Assembly: GCA_002429065.1 (NCBI GenBank)
Contig: DIYN01000048.1
Coordinates: 21,727 to 85,726, forward strand
From: Verrucomicrobia bacterium UBA6053
GTDB lineage: Bacteria > Verrucomicrobiota > Kiritimatiellia > SS1-B-03-39 > UBA6053
Length of the DNA: 64,000 nucleotides
Reading direction: 5' to 3'
Under the pieces are notes generated by a model. That model searched no databases. It was not told where the DNA came from and was given only the letters and a program-made list of their open reading frames with translations. Made by a program: the position numbers and the translations under genes. How positions within the stretch are numbered: the first letter of the stretch is position 1; each line of letters begins with the position of its first letter. This document shows, piece after piece, positions 1 to 10,008 of the stretch.

Positions 1-1688
1 AAGGCAGTGAAGTCACAAATGGCCATCTTGCCTGTTTCCGCTTGAGTTTGGAGGGAGCGGAACTTCTCTGGGAAGCGGATGAGGTGGATGGATTTCCCAC
101 AGCGAAGAATCAGGGAATCTTTGTGCATAACGGGGTTGCCTTCATGCGAAGCCTGAATGCGGTTCATCTTTACGAAGTTTCCTCCGGTAAAAAACTCGAT
201 ACCCTGTCCATCACCGACGGTGGGAACGATGATACCGCGATTGTGTTCCGCATCAATAACCTGCTCTATCAGGTGATCGACAGTCAGCATCTGCACTATC
301 CGACGGTGGTCATCGATATGGAGTCGCGGAGCATCGTGGGAAAATTCACCATCCACCATCCCGGTATCAGTTACTCGTCTCAGATGCTGCCGGTGTTTCA
401 TGGCAACCGGATGATCCTGCGCAGGGGGTACTGCCGGATCAGCGCCTTCACCTTTACCGCAGAAGAACCTGCCGGATTTGACGTGAAGATCAACGAACCG
501 ATTGTGGTCGTCGCCACTGGGGAGTCGGCCACCTTTACCGCATTCGTCACCGGTGAGGCTTCGCAGGTACGCTGGCTGCTGGATGGAAAGGAGGTGGCCC
601 GGAGCACCGAGGCTCCTTTCACCGCCACCATCCAACAGGACACTGCGGGATGTCATCAGATTCAGGCGTTTGCGGTATCGGCAGACGGAGCAGAGGCTGA
701 ATCGTTTCAGAAACTTCTCAGCGTCGTCGACTGGGAGGTCATGCTTTTACCCCGTTCCGCCACCCTGGAGATGGGGCAACCCCGCCGGTTCATTCCCCTC
801 GCAGTCGATCAGGCAACGGGTGATTTGCTGCCCCAACGCTTTCAGGCAGTACGGATGAGTCAGAATCTCGATAACACCTGGCCCAATCCCTTCAGCGCGC
901 CCAGTAAAGAGCTTCAGGATCAATGGCATGAACGTGTAGGGTTTGAGGTCAGCGGTGGAGCGATTCACACAACCTCAGACAATCTCAGCAATCCGGAGGA
1001 TACGAAAACGCCATGGTCCTCCTGGGGACTGTTCCGGTCAGCGGAACCGGGAACTCATACGGTCACGGCCCGCCTGACTCACAATGGCATGACCCGCGCG
1101 TCCACCAGTGAGGTGCGGGTACGTGCTACGGATGAGCGTCTGCCGCAGCAGTTTCTCATGCACAGCCCCTTGCCGACGTTTGTGCTGCGGAAGAGCGGCA
1201 GTGCCCGGCCAAGAGCGGCATTATCCAGTGGACATGCAGGCTGGGCCGGCAAAAAATCCAGCGGGGTGACGCTGACTGTCGTAGAGGGGCCTGCCAAACT
1301 GCGGGGGAAGAATGACGGCATGACCCCCACGGCAGCGGGTGTGATTACCTTCGGGGTCAGCCATCCCGGGAATGAGCGATACCTGCCGATAGAGGAGGAG
1401 CATCGCCGCTTTCTGGTGATCAAGCCGGGTGCGGTTCGGGAGCCCCATCAGATTGAATTTGCATCCATCGCAGATCAGTCACCTGATGCCGGACCACTTT
1501 CCCTCGAGGTCAGCAGTCCAAGTGAGGTTCCTCCACGCTTGAGTGTCATCAGCGGCCCCGCCACAATAGACGGAACGACGCTGATCTTAGAGGGAGAGCC
1601 GGGGGTGGTGACGGTGATTGCGGAGCATGAAGGGGATATGACCTATGCTCCCGCATTGCCGGTGGTGCAGGAATTCCATGTCCGTTAA
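1..1688 (+). CDS. hypothetical secreted protein, 5' end truncated by the window edge
   Basis: The frame is open from nt 3 with no stop before the listed TTG at 42, so the ORF probably continues upstream. It runs uninterrupted to TAA at 1686-1688. The C-terminal half looks like Ig-like repeats. No catalytic motif recognised. Confidence 0.45.
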   Translation, partial: GSEVTNGHLACFRLSLEGAELLWEADEVDGFPTAKNQGIFVHNGVAFMRSLNAVHLYEVSSGKKLDTLSITDGGNDDTAIVFRINNLLYQVIDSQHLHYPTVVIDMESRSIVGKFTIHHPGISYSSQMLPVFHGNRMILRRGYCRISAFTFTAEEPAGFDVKINEPIVVVATGESATFTAFVTGEASQVRWLLDGKEVARSTEAPFTATIQQDTAGCHQIQAFAVSADGAEAESFQKLLSVVDWEVMLLPRSATLEMGQPRRFIPLAVDQATGDLLPQRFQAVRMSQNLDNTWPNPFSAPSKELQDQWHERVGFEVSGGAIHTTSDNLSNPEDTKTPWSSWGLFRSAEPGTHTVTARLTHNGMTRASTSEVRVRATDERLPQQFLMHSPLPTFVLRKSGSARPRAALSSGHAGWAGKKSSGVTLTVVEGPAKLRGKNDGMTPTAAGVITFGVSHPGNERYLPIEEEHRRFLVIKPGAVREPHQIEFASIADQSPDAGPLSLEVSSPSEVPPRLSVISGPATIDGTTLILEGEPGVVTVIAEHEGDMTYAPALPVVQEFHVR

Positions 1689-2776
1689 CGGATATCCCGG
1701 ATCAGCCGCTCAAACAGGGCTTCGGTCTGGGCAATCGTGTCCCGGATGTGGAAGTCCTCGGCGATTCTTTTTTTCGCTTTGTGCCCCATGACCTCCGCGG
1801 CGGTGGGGTCGGCTTCGAAATCCTGCAGCCGCTGACAAAGAGCTGCGGCATCGCCGGGGGGAACGACATATCCTTCTTCGCCGTCCCGGACCAGTTCGGC
1901 ATTTCCTCCGGTATCCGTTACCACGGCCGGCACCCCGTAGGCCATCGATTCGATCACCGTTTTCGGAAGACCCTCGCGTTTAAGAGCCGGAAGTACACTG
2001 GCCTGACAGGCGGCAACCAGGGCCGGGGCATCGTCCCGGAACCCCAGTGCATGCACCCGGTCACGGGCGGGGCTGCTTTCCAGGAGCGGGGACATGGTGT
2101 CGGCATCAAGACCGTTGCCGATGAGGAGCACATGGATTCGGCTGGATGCCGGGAGTGCTTCCAGGGCTTCGATCAGCACCGGAATGCCTTTGCGGGGCCG
2201 ATTGTTCGCCACGCAGCCCACCAGGAAGACGTCCTCCGGAAGAGACAGGTCCTCAAGAGAGGACGGCGTTGCCTGATACCAAGCCGGATCATGTCCCTTG
2301 TACAGCGTGACCGCATTCTGCGGCTTGCGCATCTGTTTTCGCAGGTCATCCCGCACCGCATTGGACACACAGCTTATGGCATTGAGTCGGGGGTGAAGCA
2401 GGGTGAGGTAGCAGCTGGGGTCGTACCAGAAAATGTTCCCGGTCTGCCCCCGATAGGCCACCAGCACGACCGGAAGCCCGACTGCGGCAAACGCACAGCA
2501 GCTTATGGCCTTGTTGTTAAAGAGATAGACCGCATCCACCGGATGATTTTTCAGGTACTGGCGAAGGGTTCGGATTTCGCCGGGATTGATTCTGCTTTGC
2601 GGTTCAAAGTCGATGCAGGAAACGCCGGCCTTCTCCCAGCGATCCCAGTATACACTGTCCCGGCCTGTCATGACCGTCACACGGTGTCCCGCCTTGTGCA
2701 GCCCGATAAAAATTTCCGCTTCCGGCCGTAGGGTATTGAACGAGCCGTCCGAACCGGTGAGTACCAGAAGATTCAT
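1685..2776 (-). CDS. glycosyltransferase, GT4 (group 1) family
   Basis: 363 aa. The C-terminal motif EGLPKTVIESMAYGVPAVVTDTGGNAELV is typical of GT4/GT-B enzymes. ATG start (MNLLVLTGSDG). Confidence 0.85.
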   Translation of the reverse strand: MNLLVLTGSDGSFNTLRPEAEIFIGLHKAGHRVTVMTGRDSVYWDRWEKAGVSCIDFEPQSRINPGEIRTLRQYLKNHPVDAVYLFNNKAISCCAFAAVGLPVVLVAYRGQTGNIFWYDPSCYLTLLHPRLNAISCVSNAVRDDLRKQMRKPQNAVTLYKGHDPAWYQATPSSLEDLSLPEDVFLVGCVANNRPRKGIPVLIEALEALPASSRIHVLLIGNGLDADTMSPLLESSPARDRVHALGFRDDAPALVAACQASVLPALKREGLPKTVIESMAYGVPAVVTDTGGNAELVRDGEEGYVVPPGDAAALCQRLQDFEADPTAAEVMGHKAKKRIAEDFHIRDTIAQTEALFERLIRDIR

Positions 2777-2988
2777 GCGCCCGCACTTAGGCGGTTCTGG
2801 AACAAGATCCTAGGAAAAAACAAAACAGGCTCACAGTCGTGTCGGGGTACATGATTCGTTTCAGGCCCGGGGAGGTCTGGTATAGCGGAAACGCCGACAC
2901 CCACCCCGTTCGGCTGAAATCCGGAATGTGCAGAGTGGCTGGAGCCGTTCACGGCCCGGCAAGGATTGGACGGTGGGAAGGCCAGGCT

Positions 2989-3840
2989 TTACAAATCCCA
3001 GGATCGGCGATCCCCGGCGTTTAAGGTGACGGGACCTTCGCGTGCCTCTACCGTCAATTCACCTTGAACAATGTCCAGCAGGACCTTCTCATCGCTGACC
3101 TCCAGAGAATAGGTGGCGACACCGGGCAGGATCCGGATCGGACCGCCCTCCAGCACCAGCCTGGAAGAGCTGCCGGCCATCCCAACCCTGAGCTGTCCGT
3201 TTCGAAGCGTGAGGTGGCGCTCCCGGTTCAACCGGGTACCGATGAGGAAGGTGGTTCCCGGAGCAAGGGTAATCCGGGAGCCATCCAGGAGAGAAAGCTG
3301 GGTTTCCTGGAGCGCTTCCAGATCTTTCCGGCCCGGAATGGTTGTCGCCGCGAGGGTGTGCCCCTCCAGTTGTATCCGACCGGATTCAATGATCAGTTTG
3401 GGGGACAGATAGGCTGCCCGCAAAACAAACAAGGCGAGAAAGAGGGCAGACACAGTGATCCACAAACGCGTTTGTCGCTTGCGGGACAGAGGCCGAGGGG
3501 TGGAATCCGAGCTCTCGTGGGAGGCGGAGGAGCCGGAACGGAATGCAGGACGGAGTTTCCGGTTGATGCGAAGCACCTGAAACACCTCCATACAGATTCT
3601 GCATCGACGAAGATGTTCCGGTAATGGCTGCTTGTCAGGATGATCGGCAAGGGTCTGTAACTCCTCCAGTGTCAGATGGGGTTCCTTCCCGCTCTCCTCG
3701 ACATGTTCCAGTAACCCCTGGAACCGGCGTTTAGCTTCGGGATGGGCCTCAGGGTCTTTTTCCAGAACACGCAGCGCCTCCACCAGACTGGCGCGTGTTT
3801 CTGGTGTAGGGCTTGTGGATCTGGAAGAGGAGGAGTCCAT
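2989..3840 (-). CDS. anti-sigma factor with FecR-like periplasmic domain
   Basis: It lies immediately downstream of the ECF sigma gene. It has an N-terminal cytoplasmic region with a Cys/His motif (HLRRCRICMEV), one TM helix (LWITVSALFLALFVL) and a FecR-like beta-rich C-terminus. Confidence 0.7.
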   Translation of the reverse strand: MDSSSSRSTSPTPETRASLVEALRVLEKDPEAHPEAKRRFQGLLEHVEESGKEPHLTLEELQTLADHPDKQPLPEHLRRCRICMEVFQVLRINRKLRPAFRSGSSASHESSDSTPRPLSRKRQTRLWITVSALFLALFVLRAAYLSPKLIIESGRIQLEGHTLAATTIPGRKDLEALQETQLSLLDGSRITLAPGTTFLIGTRLNRERHLTLRNGQLRVGMAGSSSRLVLEGGPIRILPGVATYSLEVSDEKVLLDIVQGELTVEAREGPVTLNAGDRRSWDL

Positions 3841-3895
3841 TAGAGTGATAGCGATTCAGGGGTGCGATTTCGTACGGTGATTTCATGAGGAACGT

Positions 3896-4444
3896 TCATG
3901 CGGAATCCTCCTGTTCGATTTGCTTGCGGAGCCGTTTTAATGCCCGTTTCAGTGTGGGGCCGATGCTGTTGGAGGGGATTCCCGTCGTCTGTTCAATATC
4001 CCGGTAGGTGAGATCCTGCAGAAAGAACAATTCAATCAGGATCCGTTCCCGCTCGGAAAGCCGGTTCAGATGCCCCTGGATCCATTCCTTGTGCAGGCCA
4101 GGTGCCGGAGTAGGGGGTTGATCAGGTTCCGGAAGGTGATCCTCTTCAGGAAGCATCACGGTTCGCGTCTTCCGCATATGATCAATACACCGATTGCGAA
4201 CGAGCGTGTACAGCATAGGGGTCCACGCCTGTTGATCGCGGCAGGTGTGGAGCAGTTTCCGGTCGTTCGCAAGCAGGTTGATCCAGACCTGGGAGGCGAT
4301 ATCCTCACAGGTCGCCTGATCCGCGGAAAACCCGTATTTGGAGAAGGTTCTGCTCGCGAGTCCACGCAGCAGAGGGGTCGTATCCTGAACGAGACGGTTC
4401 CAGGCGTCTTCATCGCCTTCCAAAATCGCATCCAGTTCCTGCAT
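3896..4444 (-). CDS. ECF-type RNA polymerase sigma-70 family factor
   Basis: 182 aa. Region 2 (YTLVRNRCIDHMRK) and region 4 HTH (LTYRDIEQTTGIPSNSIGPTLKRALKRLR) are recognisable. Confidence 0.85.
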   Translation of the reverse strand: MQELDAILEGDEDAWNRLVQDTTPLLRGLASRTFSKYGFSADQATCEDIASQVWINLLANDRKLLHTCRDQQAWTPMLYTLVRNRCIDHMRKTRTVMLPEEDHLPEPDQPPTPAPGLHKEWIQGHLNRLSERERILIELFFLQDLTYRDIEQTTGIPSNSIGPTLKRALKRLRKQIEQEDSA

Positions 4445-4621
4445 CGATCTCTATCCTTGAAGGAAAGAAGGGCGATTTCCAAGTTAATATGCGTCCGGGC
4501 AATGGTCATTGCCCTACATCGAAATGCGCCTGAGGCACACAAGTGGGAACAAGGATGCACAGGATGGGCAGGATACATGCAGGGAATGTCCTTTAATATG
4601 GAGAATACAGAATTTTGGTTT

Positions 4622-4705
4622 CACTGACCACTGACCACTGACCACTGACCACTGACCACTGACCACTGACCACTGACCACTGACCACTGACCATTGACCA
4701 TTGAC
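4622..4705. repeat. heptanucleotide tandem repeat (CACTGAC)x10 + (CATTGAC)x2
   Basis: Counted directly: ten perfect 7-nt units at 4622-4691 and two variant units at 4692-4705. It is intergenic between the divergent ECF sigma gene and the gene at 4794. Confidence 0.95.
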
Positions 4706-4793
4706 CCACGCGTTCCGCGTGGCAAGCTCTGACCTCTTTCCCTCCGTATCGGATTGTTCCGGGGTGCAAATTGGGGTAGGGGTTCCCGCCATC

Positions 4794-6983
4794 ATGACAC
4801 AATCCGATTCAGACCCCTTTCTTCATCAGCGTATTCTTGAGCTTTCCGAAACCCCCATGCAGCAAAAGCTGCGCAACATGGCCCCGATGCCGGTTGGAGC
4901 CGTGTTTCTTCCCTGGCCGGGGATGACGGAAGAAGAGGCCCGGAAAGAATTCCGGAGGATGAAAGAAACCGGGATAACCTGTCTGAAGCAGACCATGGGA
5001 ATCGAGCCGGAATGGCCCCGGGACCGCATCTTCCATGTGGCTCTGGATGAAGGCATCATTCCGTTCTGGTACGGAGAGGCCGGGTGGGAGGACATCACTC
5101 CGGACCTGTTGGAAAAAGTCGGGCTGGACCGCGATATGGACGTGGATGCCGCCATGGAGCACCCGGACATGATTGCCTACCAGACCGATGTCATCCGCCG
5201 CCAGATCGGGGCACAGGATTCCGGGAAGTCCGCTGGCGCGAAAAGCGAAGCCAAAGGGAAACAAAAAAGCCGCGAAACCACTCCCGGTGTCGTCGGGGAT
5301 GTCCGCGGTCACGAAATTCATCCGGATGCCGTTCCGGCCTTTATCGACTGGCTGAAGGAACAGTATGGGGATGTGGAGACGCTGAAAAAAGCCTGGAATG
5401 TTGAGCATGTGGGGCTGGCTGGCAAACTCCGGTTCTGGGAAACCTGGGAGGATGTGGAAAAGGGTTATGAAACCGATGTGGCCGCGAAAGACTACCGCAA
5501 CAGCCGGGACCGCATGCGGTTCCGTGCGGATACCTTCATCCGGGATTACATTGAGGCCCGCATAGATAAACAGCAGGAAACGGACCCCAATGTGCCGGTC
5601 CGGGCCGGGGGTGAGATGGGGATCTTCCTTCCCTTTGCCTCCCGTGGAACCGACATGGAAGGCATGGCCCGCGCGCTGGCAAGGGGTGGGTCCTTCTATC
5701 CTTCAATTCACCTGACCTGGCATTTTGAGGAAACCCATTTTGAAGTCGCCCGTCCGGTGTACATGCAGGCGGCCATGACCACCGACTGGGGACGGGGTAT
5801 CTGGAATGCCACCTGGGAAAGTACCGGGGGGCCGAGCTGGTTTTCGGGTGGAAAATCCCCCTTTGTCAAATGGGCCCAGGACCGCACACCCGGCCATACC
5901 GATCATGAAGGTATTCAGTCCATTCTGATGCTGTCCTGGTTGGCGGCGGGGTACCGGGGCTTCGGGATGTGGACCTGGAATGGCCGCACCGCAGGTTGGG
6001 AAGCTGGGGAATTCATGCTGCTGGACCGCAATAACGAGTTGACCCCCCGTGCGATTCGGGCCGGTGCGATCGGAACAGCGGCGCGCAAGTACAAGCGTGA
6101 ACTCTGGGAGTCCGACAAACAGCCTGTGGTCGGCGTGTTGCAGGACTGGGAAAATGAAGCCTTGTGGGCGGCTATGTCCATCACCGGTCGTGATCATTAT
6201 AAATCCGAACCCATCCGTGCCCGGATTGGTGCTTCCCGTGCGCTGATCAACGGCAACATTCCCTGGGAGCATGTCACGGCCCGTCAGCTTGCAGATGGAC
6301 TGGGGCCCCGCTATTCCTGCATATACATTCCGGCCTTTATTGCCCTGACAGAGGAACTGCGCAAAGACCTGATTGCCTACGTGGAGCAGGGGGGACGCGT
6401 GGTGATGGACATGCCTTCCGCCTACCTGGACGGATACGGACGGGTATTGCCCACCGGAGACGGATCCGATTTCGAGACGTTGTTCGGCTGCAAGCTTCGC
6501 GAGTACGCCTACTCCCGCGACGTGAACACTACCTTCCGCCTGCGCGGCGAAGTGCTGGAAGGCTTTACCGCTGAACTCGCCCCCACCACCGCAACTGTGT
6601 TGGCGGAGTATGACAAACGCGGCAAGCCGGCCATTACGGAGAACAAACTTGGCAAGGGGTCCGCTGTACTGCTGGGCTGTCAGGCCTCCCTGAATTGCCA
6701 TCTTCCCGGTAGTGACTGGTATGAGGCGCTGATCCGGGAATTCAGCGTGGATCAGGAGCGGGTGCCCTTCGCCTGCGATGACGTTCTGGCCTATCAGCTG
6801 GTGGCACCGGGTGCGCGTCACCTCTTCCTGGTGAATGACAAGGAGGATCCGGTGGATACCTCCATCTCGCTCAAGGCGGCTGCCGGAGAGGCGGTGGATG
6901 CAATCACGGGTGAACCGGTGGATCTTGCCTCCATTACCGTCCCCGCTGAGGATGCCCGCTGGATCCGGGTGGCAAACGTTTAG
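4794..6983 (+). CDS. glycoside hydrolase-like protein related to GH42 (beta-galactosidase trimerisation-type domain)
   Basis: Long ORF. I prefer the ATG at 4794 (MTQSDSDPF) over the listed TTG at 4701, which would start inside the repeat. The C-terminal half (IYIPAFIALTEELRKDLIAYVEQGGRVVMD) resembles the GH42 trimerisation domain. A WESTGG motif is a possible nucleophile context. The catalytic assignment is uncertain. Confidence 0.45.
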   Translation: MTQSDSDPFLHQRILELSETPMQQKLRNMAPMPVGAVFLPWPGMTEEEARKEFRRMKETGITCLKQTMGIEPEWPRDRIFHVALDEGIIPFWYGEAGWEDITPDLLEKVGLDRDMDVDAAMEHPDMIAYQTDVIRRQIGAQDSGKSAGAKSEAKGKQKSRETTPGVVGDVRGHEIHPDAVPAFIDWLKEQYGDVETLKKAWNVEHVGLAGKLRFWETWEDVEKGYETDVAAKDYRNSRDRMRFRADTFIRDYIEARIDKQQETDPNVPVRAGGEMGIFLPFASRGTDMEGMARALARGGSFYPSIHLTWHFEETHFEVARPVYMQAAMTTDWGRGIWNATWESTGGPSWFSGGKSPFVKWAQDRTPGHTDHEGIQSILMLSWLAAGYRGFGMWTWNGRTAGWEAGEFMLLDRNNELTPRAIRAGAIGTAARKYKRELWESDKQPVVGVLQDWENEALWAAMSITGRDHYKSEPIRARIGASRALINGNIPWEHVTARQLADGLGPRYSCIYIPAFIALTEELRKDLIAYVEQGGRVVMDMPSAYLDGYGRVLPTGDGSDFETLFGCKLREYAYSRDVNTTFRLRGEVLEGFTAELAPTTATVLAEYDKRGKPAITENKLGKGSAVLLGCQASLNCHLPGSDWYEALIREFSVDQERVPFACDDVLAYQLVAPGARHLFLVNDKEDPVDTSISLKAAAGEAVDAITGEPVDLASITVPAEDARWIRVANV

Positions 6984-6993
6984 GAGACATCAG

Positions 6994-7368
6994 ATGTCCC
7001 GTGACAACAGCCGGCTGGTTTGGAGTGATGAACAGGGGGGGGCCGTAGGGAACAAACCCTCCAAGCAGAAACGCAAAGACTCAAAACCCAAAAAAGGCGG
7101 AGGAATGGCCCGGGGCGGATTCCCGAATGACGGGATCGTCCGGGTGTGCCGGGAAAAAAGCGGCCGTGGCGGTAAGACGGTTACAGTGTTGTATGGCGTG
7201 CCGGGCAGCGCGGCCGACCGCAAATCCCTGCTGAAAGAATTGAAACAGCGCTGCGGCTGCGGTGGATCTGTTCAGGATGCCTTTCTGGAAATTCAGGGTG
7301 ATCAGCGTGAGGTCATCCTGACGTTCCTTGAGGAAAAGGGGATCCCTGCGAAACCCGCTGGGGGATAA
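6994..7368 (+). CDS. yciH: translation initiation factor SUI1/YciH family
   Basis: MSRDNSRLVWSDEQGG...KSGRGGKTVTVLYGV...LKQRCGCGGSV...LEIQGDQRE...AGG is collinear with E. coli YciH. AGGAG RBS at 6982-6986. Confidence 0.9.
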   Translation: MSRDNSRLVWSDEQGGAVGNKPSKQKRKDSKPKKGGGMARGGFPNDGIVRVCREKSGRGGKTVTVLYGVPGSAADRKSLLKELKQRCGCGGSVQDAFLEIQGDQREVILTFLEEKGIPAKPAGG

Positions 7369-7565
7369 GGCACCTGAATGGCGGGTACGTGTGTAGACGG
7401 TCCGAGGCACACACCAATAGAGCAAGCCTGATTCTAGGTCTTGATTGACCCGACGGCGGGACGCAGTCGCTCAGGGTTCAACACGGGATCCGATTTTCAT
7501 CCCTCTTGCCAAGGATTCCTGTTTTATGCTACAGGGCCACGCTCTTGTTTCTCAGGAATCTCAAC

Positions 7566-8681
7566 ATGAAAAAAGTCGGTTTTATTGGATGGCGCGGAAT
7601 GGTCGGGTCTGTTCTTCTCGAACGGATGCGGGCCGAAGGTGATTTTGCAGGCATTGAGTCTGTCTTTTTCACCACCTCCCAGGCGGGTCAGCCCGGACCG
7701 GATGTGGGGGCGGGATCCGCACCGCTTCAGGACGCAACCGATGTGGAGGCCCTCGCCGGCATGGACATTGTGGTGACCTGCCAGGGAGGAGACTACACCC
7801 GTGAGGTGCATCCTAAACTGCGGGCACATGGATGGAACGGTTCCTGGGTGGATGCCGCCAGTGCCCTCCGCATGGAAGAGGACAGCATCATTGTTCTGGA
7901 TCCGGTGAATCGGACACTCATTGACCGGGCCCTGGAATCCGGGGTAAAAGACTTTATTGGCGGCAACTGTACGGTCAGCCTGATGCTCATGGGGCTTCAG
8001 GGATTGTTTGACCAGGGCTGGGTGGAGTGGATGACGGCAATGACCTACCAGTCTGCGTCCGGTGCAGGAGCCCGGAACATGAAAGAACTGGTGTCGCAGA
8101 TGGCCGCGCTGGGAGAGATCGGTGCCGGTCTTGCCGCAGACCCGTCCTCTGCAGTGCTCGAGTTGGATCGGAAAATCGGTGACGCGTTGCTGTCCGCGGA
8201 GTTTCCGACTGAACAGTTTGGCGCTCCCCTGGCTGCAAACCTGATTCCCTGGATTGATAAAGGAATGGCGGATGGGCGCACCAAAGAAGAATGGAAAGGG
8301 GCGGCTGAAACCAACAAGGTTCTGGGATTGGAGGCGTCCCCTATTCCCGTGGACGGACAATGCGTCCGAGTGGGTGCGATGCGCTGTCACAGCCAGGCTT
8401 TGACCCTGAAACTGAAACAGGATATTCCCTTGGCAGACATCGAATCCGCGATCACGGAGGCGAATGACTGGAGCCGCCTGGTGCCGAATGAAGAAGAGGT
8501 CACGCTTCGCACGCTTACACCGGCCGCGGTGAATGGAACACTTGACATCCCGGTTGGCCGTCTTCGCAAGATGGTCCTCGGGCCGGACTTCGTTACCTGT
8601 TTCACGGTGGGGGATCAGCTGCTCTGGGGGGCGGCCGAACCAGTGCGCCGGATGCTGGCCATTTTACTGGGACGTCTGTAA
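7566..8681 (+). CDS. asd: aspartate-semialdehyde dehydrogenase (long, E. coli-type)
   Basis: MKKVGFIGWRGMVGSVLLERM..., GGNCTVSLMLMGL (active-site Cys) and a 371-aa length match Asd. ATG at 7566 preferred over the upstream TTG at 7506. Confidence 0.95.
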   Translation: MKKVGFIGWRGMVGSVLLERMRAEGDFAGIESVFFTTSQAGQPGPDVGAGSAPLQDATDVEALAGMDIVVTCQGGDYTREVHPKLRAHGWNGSWVDAASALRMEEDSIIVLDPVNRTLIDRALESGVKDFIGGNCTVSLMLMGLQGLFDQGWVEWMTAMTYQSASGAGARNMKELVSQMAALGEIGAGLAADPSSAVLELDRKIGDALLSAEFPTEQFGAPLAANLIPWIDKGMADGRTKEEWKGAAETNKVLGLEASPIPVDGQCVRVGAMRCHSQALTLKLKQDIPLADIESAITEANDWSRLVPNEEEVTLRTLTPAAVNGTLDIPVGRLRKMVLGPDFVTCFTVGDQLLWGAAEPVRRMLAILLGRL

Positions 8682-8879
8682 TCCTTCGCCTTGATCGTAA
8701 AACGCGATCACGGCACCTGCGGTTGAGCAATCAAGCGCCGAAATGGTCCATTGGGTTCCCGGCCATTGGGTTCCTCGGTGGTTTCAATCCCGGCAGACTC
8801 GTTTTCGAGACTTGAAGTCCCGATATACTTTCATACTATACGTTACTAATTCGTCTATAACCCATCTGAAGGATTGGAT

Positions 8880-9863
8880 ATGAAAACCCGACTGTATGTG
8901 ACCCGTGCTGCACTTGTGGCTCTTGGCTTCTGCCTCACTTCCCCCTCTTACGCGTTTCTTGATAAAGTTATCGGAACCGGAGGAACCAAAACTGAAGACA
9001 CCAGCAAACCGAAAGGGGATGATTATAAAGGTGTCAAACACGCCATTGGTGTGAAGGATTTTGAAAACGAGGCCGGATGGAGTGGTCAGTGGAACCTTGG
9101 TGAAAACCTTGGCACGATGCTGGAAAGTGCGTTGTATGACAGTGGCCGGTTTGTGGTGGTGACCCGCGATAAACTGGACGGTGTGCTTGATGAACAGGAC
9201 ATGGCGGCAGGAGGCCGCATGGCGAAATCCGACTTGGCGAAGACCGGGAAAATCCGGCCGGCAAAGTACATTGCGACTGGCGCGATCACCACCGTTCAGT
9301 CCAGCACCCAGGGCAGCAGCGGCGGCATTTCCTTCAGAGGGATTTCGGTCGGTGGCGGGGGAAAAAAATCCACGATTACCGCAATTATTACTCTGATCGA
9401 TACCACCACAGGTGAAATTGTGGCCAAGGAACGCGTCACTGGAAAAGCAGGGGGACGGAAGTTGAACCTCGGGCTCAGTGCGGGCGGTGTGTCCACCAAT
9501 ATGGGGGGCTTTGCAGAAGAACCCATCGGTGAAGCCGCCCAGGACGTGATTTCCAAAGCCGTGGATCTGCTGGTGAAGAAAATGAAAGATCAGCCTCTGG
9601 ACGGTTCCGTGGTGATGGTGACGAAGAAAAATGAGGTGGTGATCAACCGCGGAGAACAGTTCGGGGTGGAACCCGGACAGATGTTCCTGGTGCAAACCCA
9701 GGGAGAGGTTCTTACCGACCCCTCCACCGGAGAAATTCTTGACCGCCTCGAAGGCGAAACCGTCTGCACCCTGAAAGTGGCACGGGTGAAAGAGAAGATT
9801 GCCTACTGTACGATTGTCGATGGCGACAAGCCGGAGCGCGGCGCTGAGGTCCTCATGGAGTAG
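8880..9863 (+). CDS. CsgG-family lipoprotein with extra C-terminal beta domain
   Basis: Signal/lipobox-like N-terminus (LVALGFCLTS). The core IGVKDFENEAG...LGENLGTMLESALYDSGRFVVVTRDKLDGVLDEQD resembles the CsgG/curli-transport family. No csgE/F nearby. Confidence 0.65.
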   Translation: MKTRLYVTRAALVALGFCLTSPSYAFLDKVIGTGGTKTEDTSKPKGDDYKGVKHAIGVKDFENEAGWSGQWNLGENLGTMLESALYDSGRFVVVTRDKLDGVLDEQDMAAGGRMAKSDLAKTGKIRPAKYIATGAITTVQSSTQGSSGGISFRGISVGGGGKKSTITAIITLIDTTTGEIVAKERVTGKAGGRKLNLGLSAGGVSTNMGGFAEEPIGEAAQDVISKAVDLLVKKMKDQPLDGSVVMVTKKNEVVINRGEQFGVEPGQMFLVQTQGEVLTDPSTGEILDRLEGETVCTLKVARVKEKIAYCTIVDGDKPERGAEVLME

Positions 9864-9887
9864 GACAGGCGTTTGGCTGGTTCAAAG

Positions 9888-9915
9888 GTCCCGGGTTGTG
9901 CCCGGGACTTTTTTT
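9888..9915 (+). terminator. rho-independent terminator after the CsgG-like gene
   Basis: GTCCCGGG-TTGTG-CCCGGGAC stem-loop followed by seven T residues (9909-9915). Confidence 0.75.
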
Positions 9916-10008
9916 GGGGGGGCATGGTCATAAGGCGTGATTGGAGTTGTCATCAATACGAACCAAAGCAGAGCTCCAGGAAGTTGTCCTGCCCGAAAGA
10001 AACGGGAA

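Noticed and set aside
4514-4802. Two minus-strand ORFs translating the heptad tract as (GQWSVVS)n repeats.
   Set aside because: Any 7-nt repeat is open in all three frames and yields a 7-aa periodic peptide. There is no RBS or coding context, and the ORFs overlap the promoter region of two real genes. I treat the tract as non-coding DNA repeat.
5703-6821. Long antisense ORFs nested in real genes. Examples are 5703-6821, 7524-8390, 8784-9695, 13249-14187, 22116-22844, 25937-26695, 36881-37594, 39511-40140, 41686-42525 and 56445-57272.
   Set aside because: These are typical shadow ORFs of GC-rich coding DNA. Their translations are Arg/Gly/Pro/His-rich and low-complexity with no motifs, whereas the sense-strand products have clear family signatures.
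6835-6993. N-terminal extension of the yciH ORF (listed start 6835), overlapping the end of the upstream gene.
   Set aside because: The extension overlaps 149 nt of the preceding CDS. The ATG at 6994 has an AGGAG RBS and gives a protein collinear with YciH.
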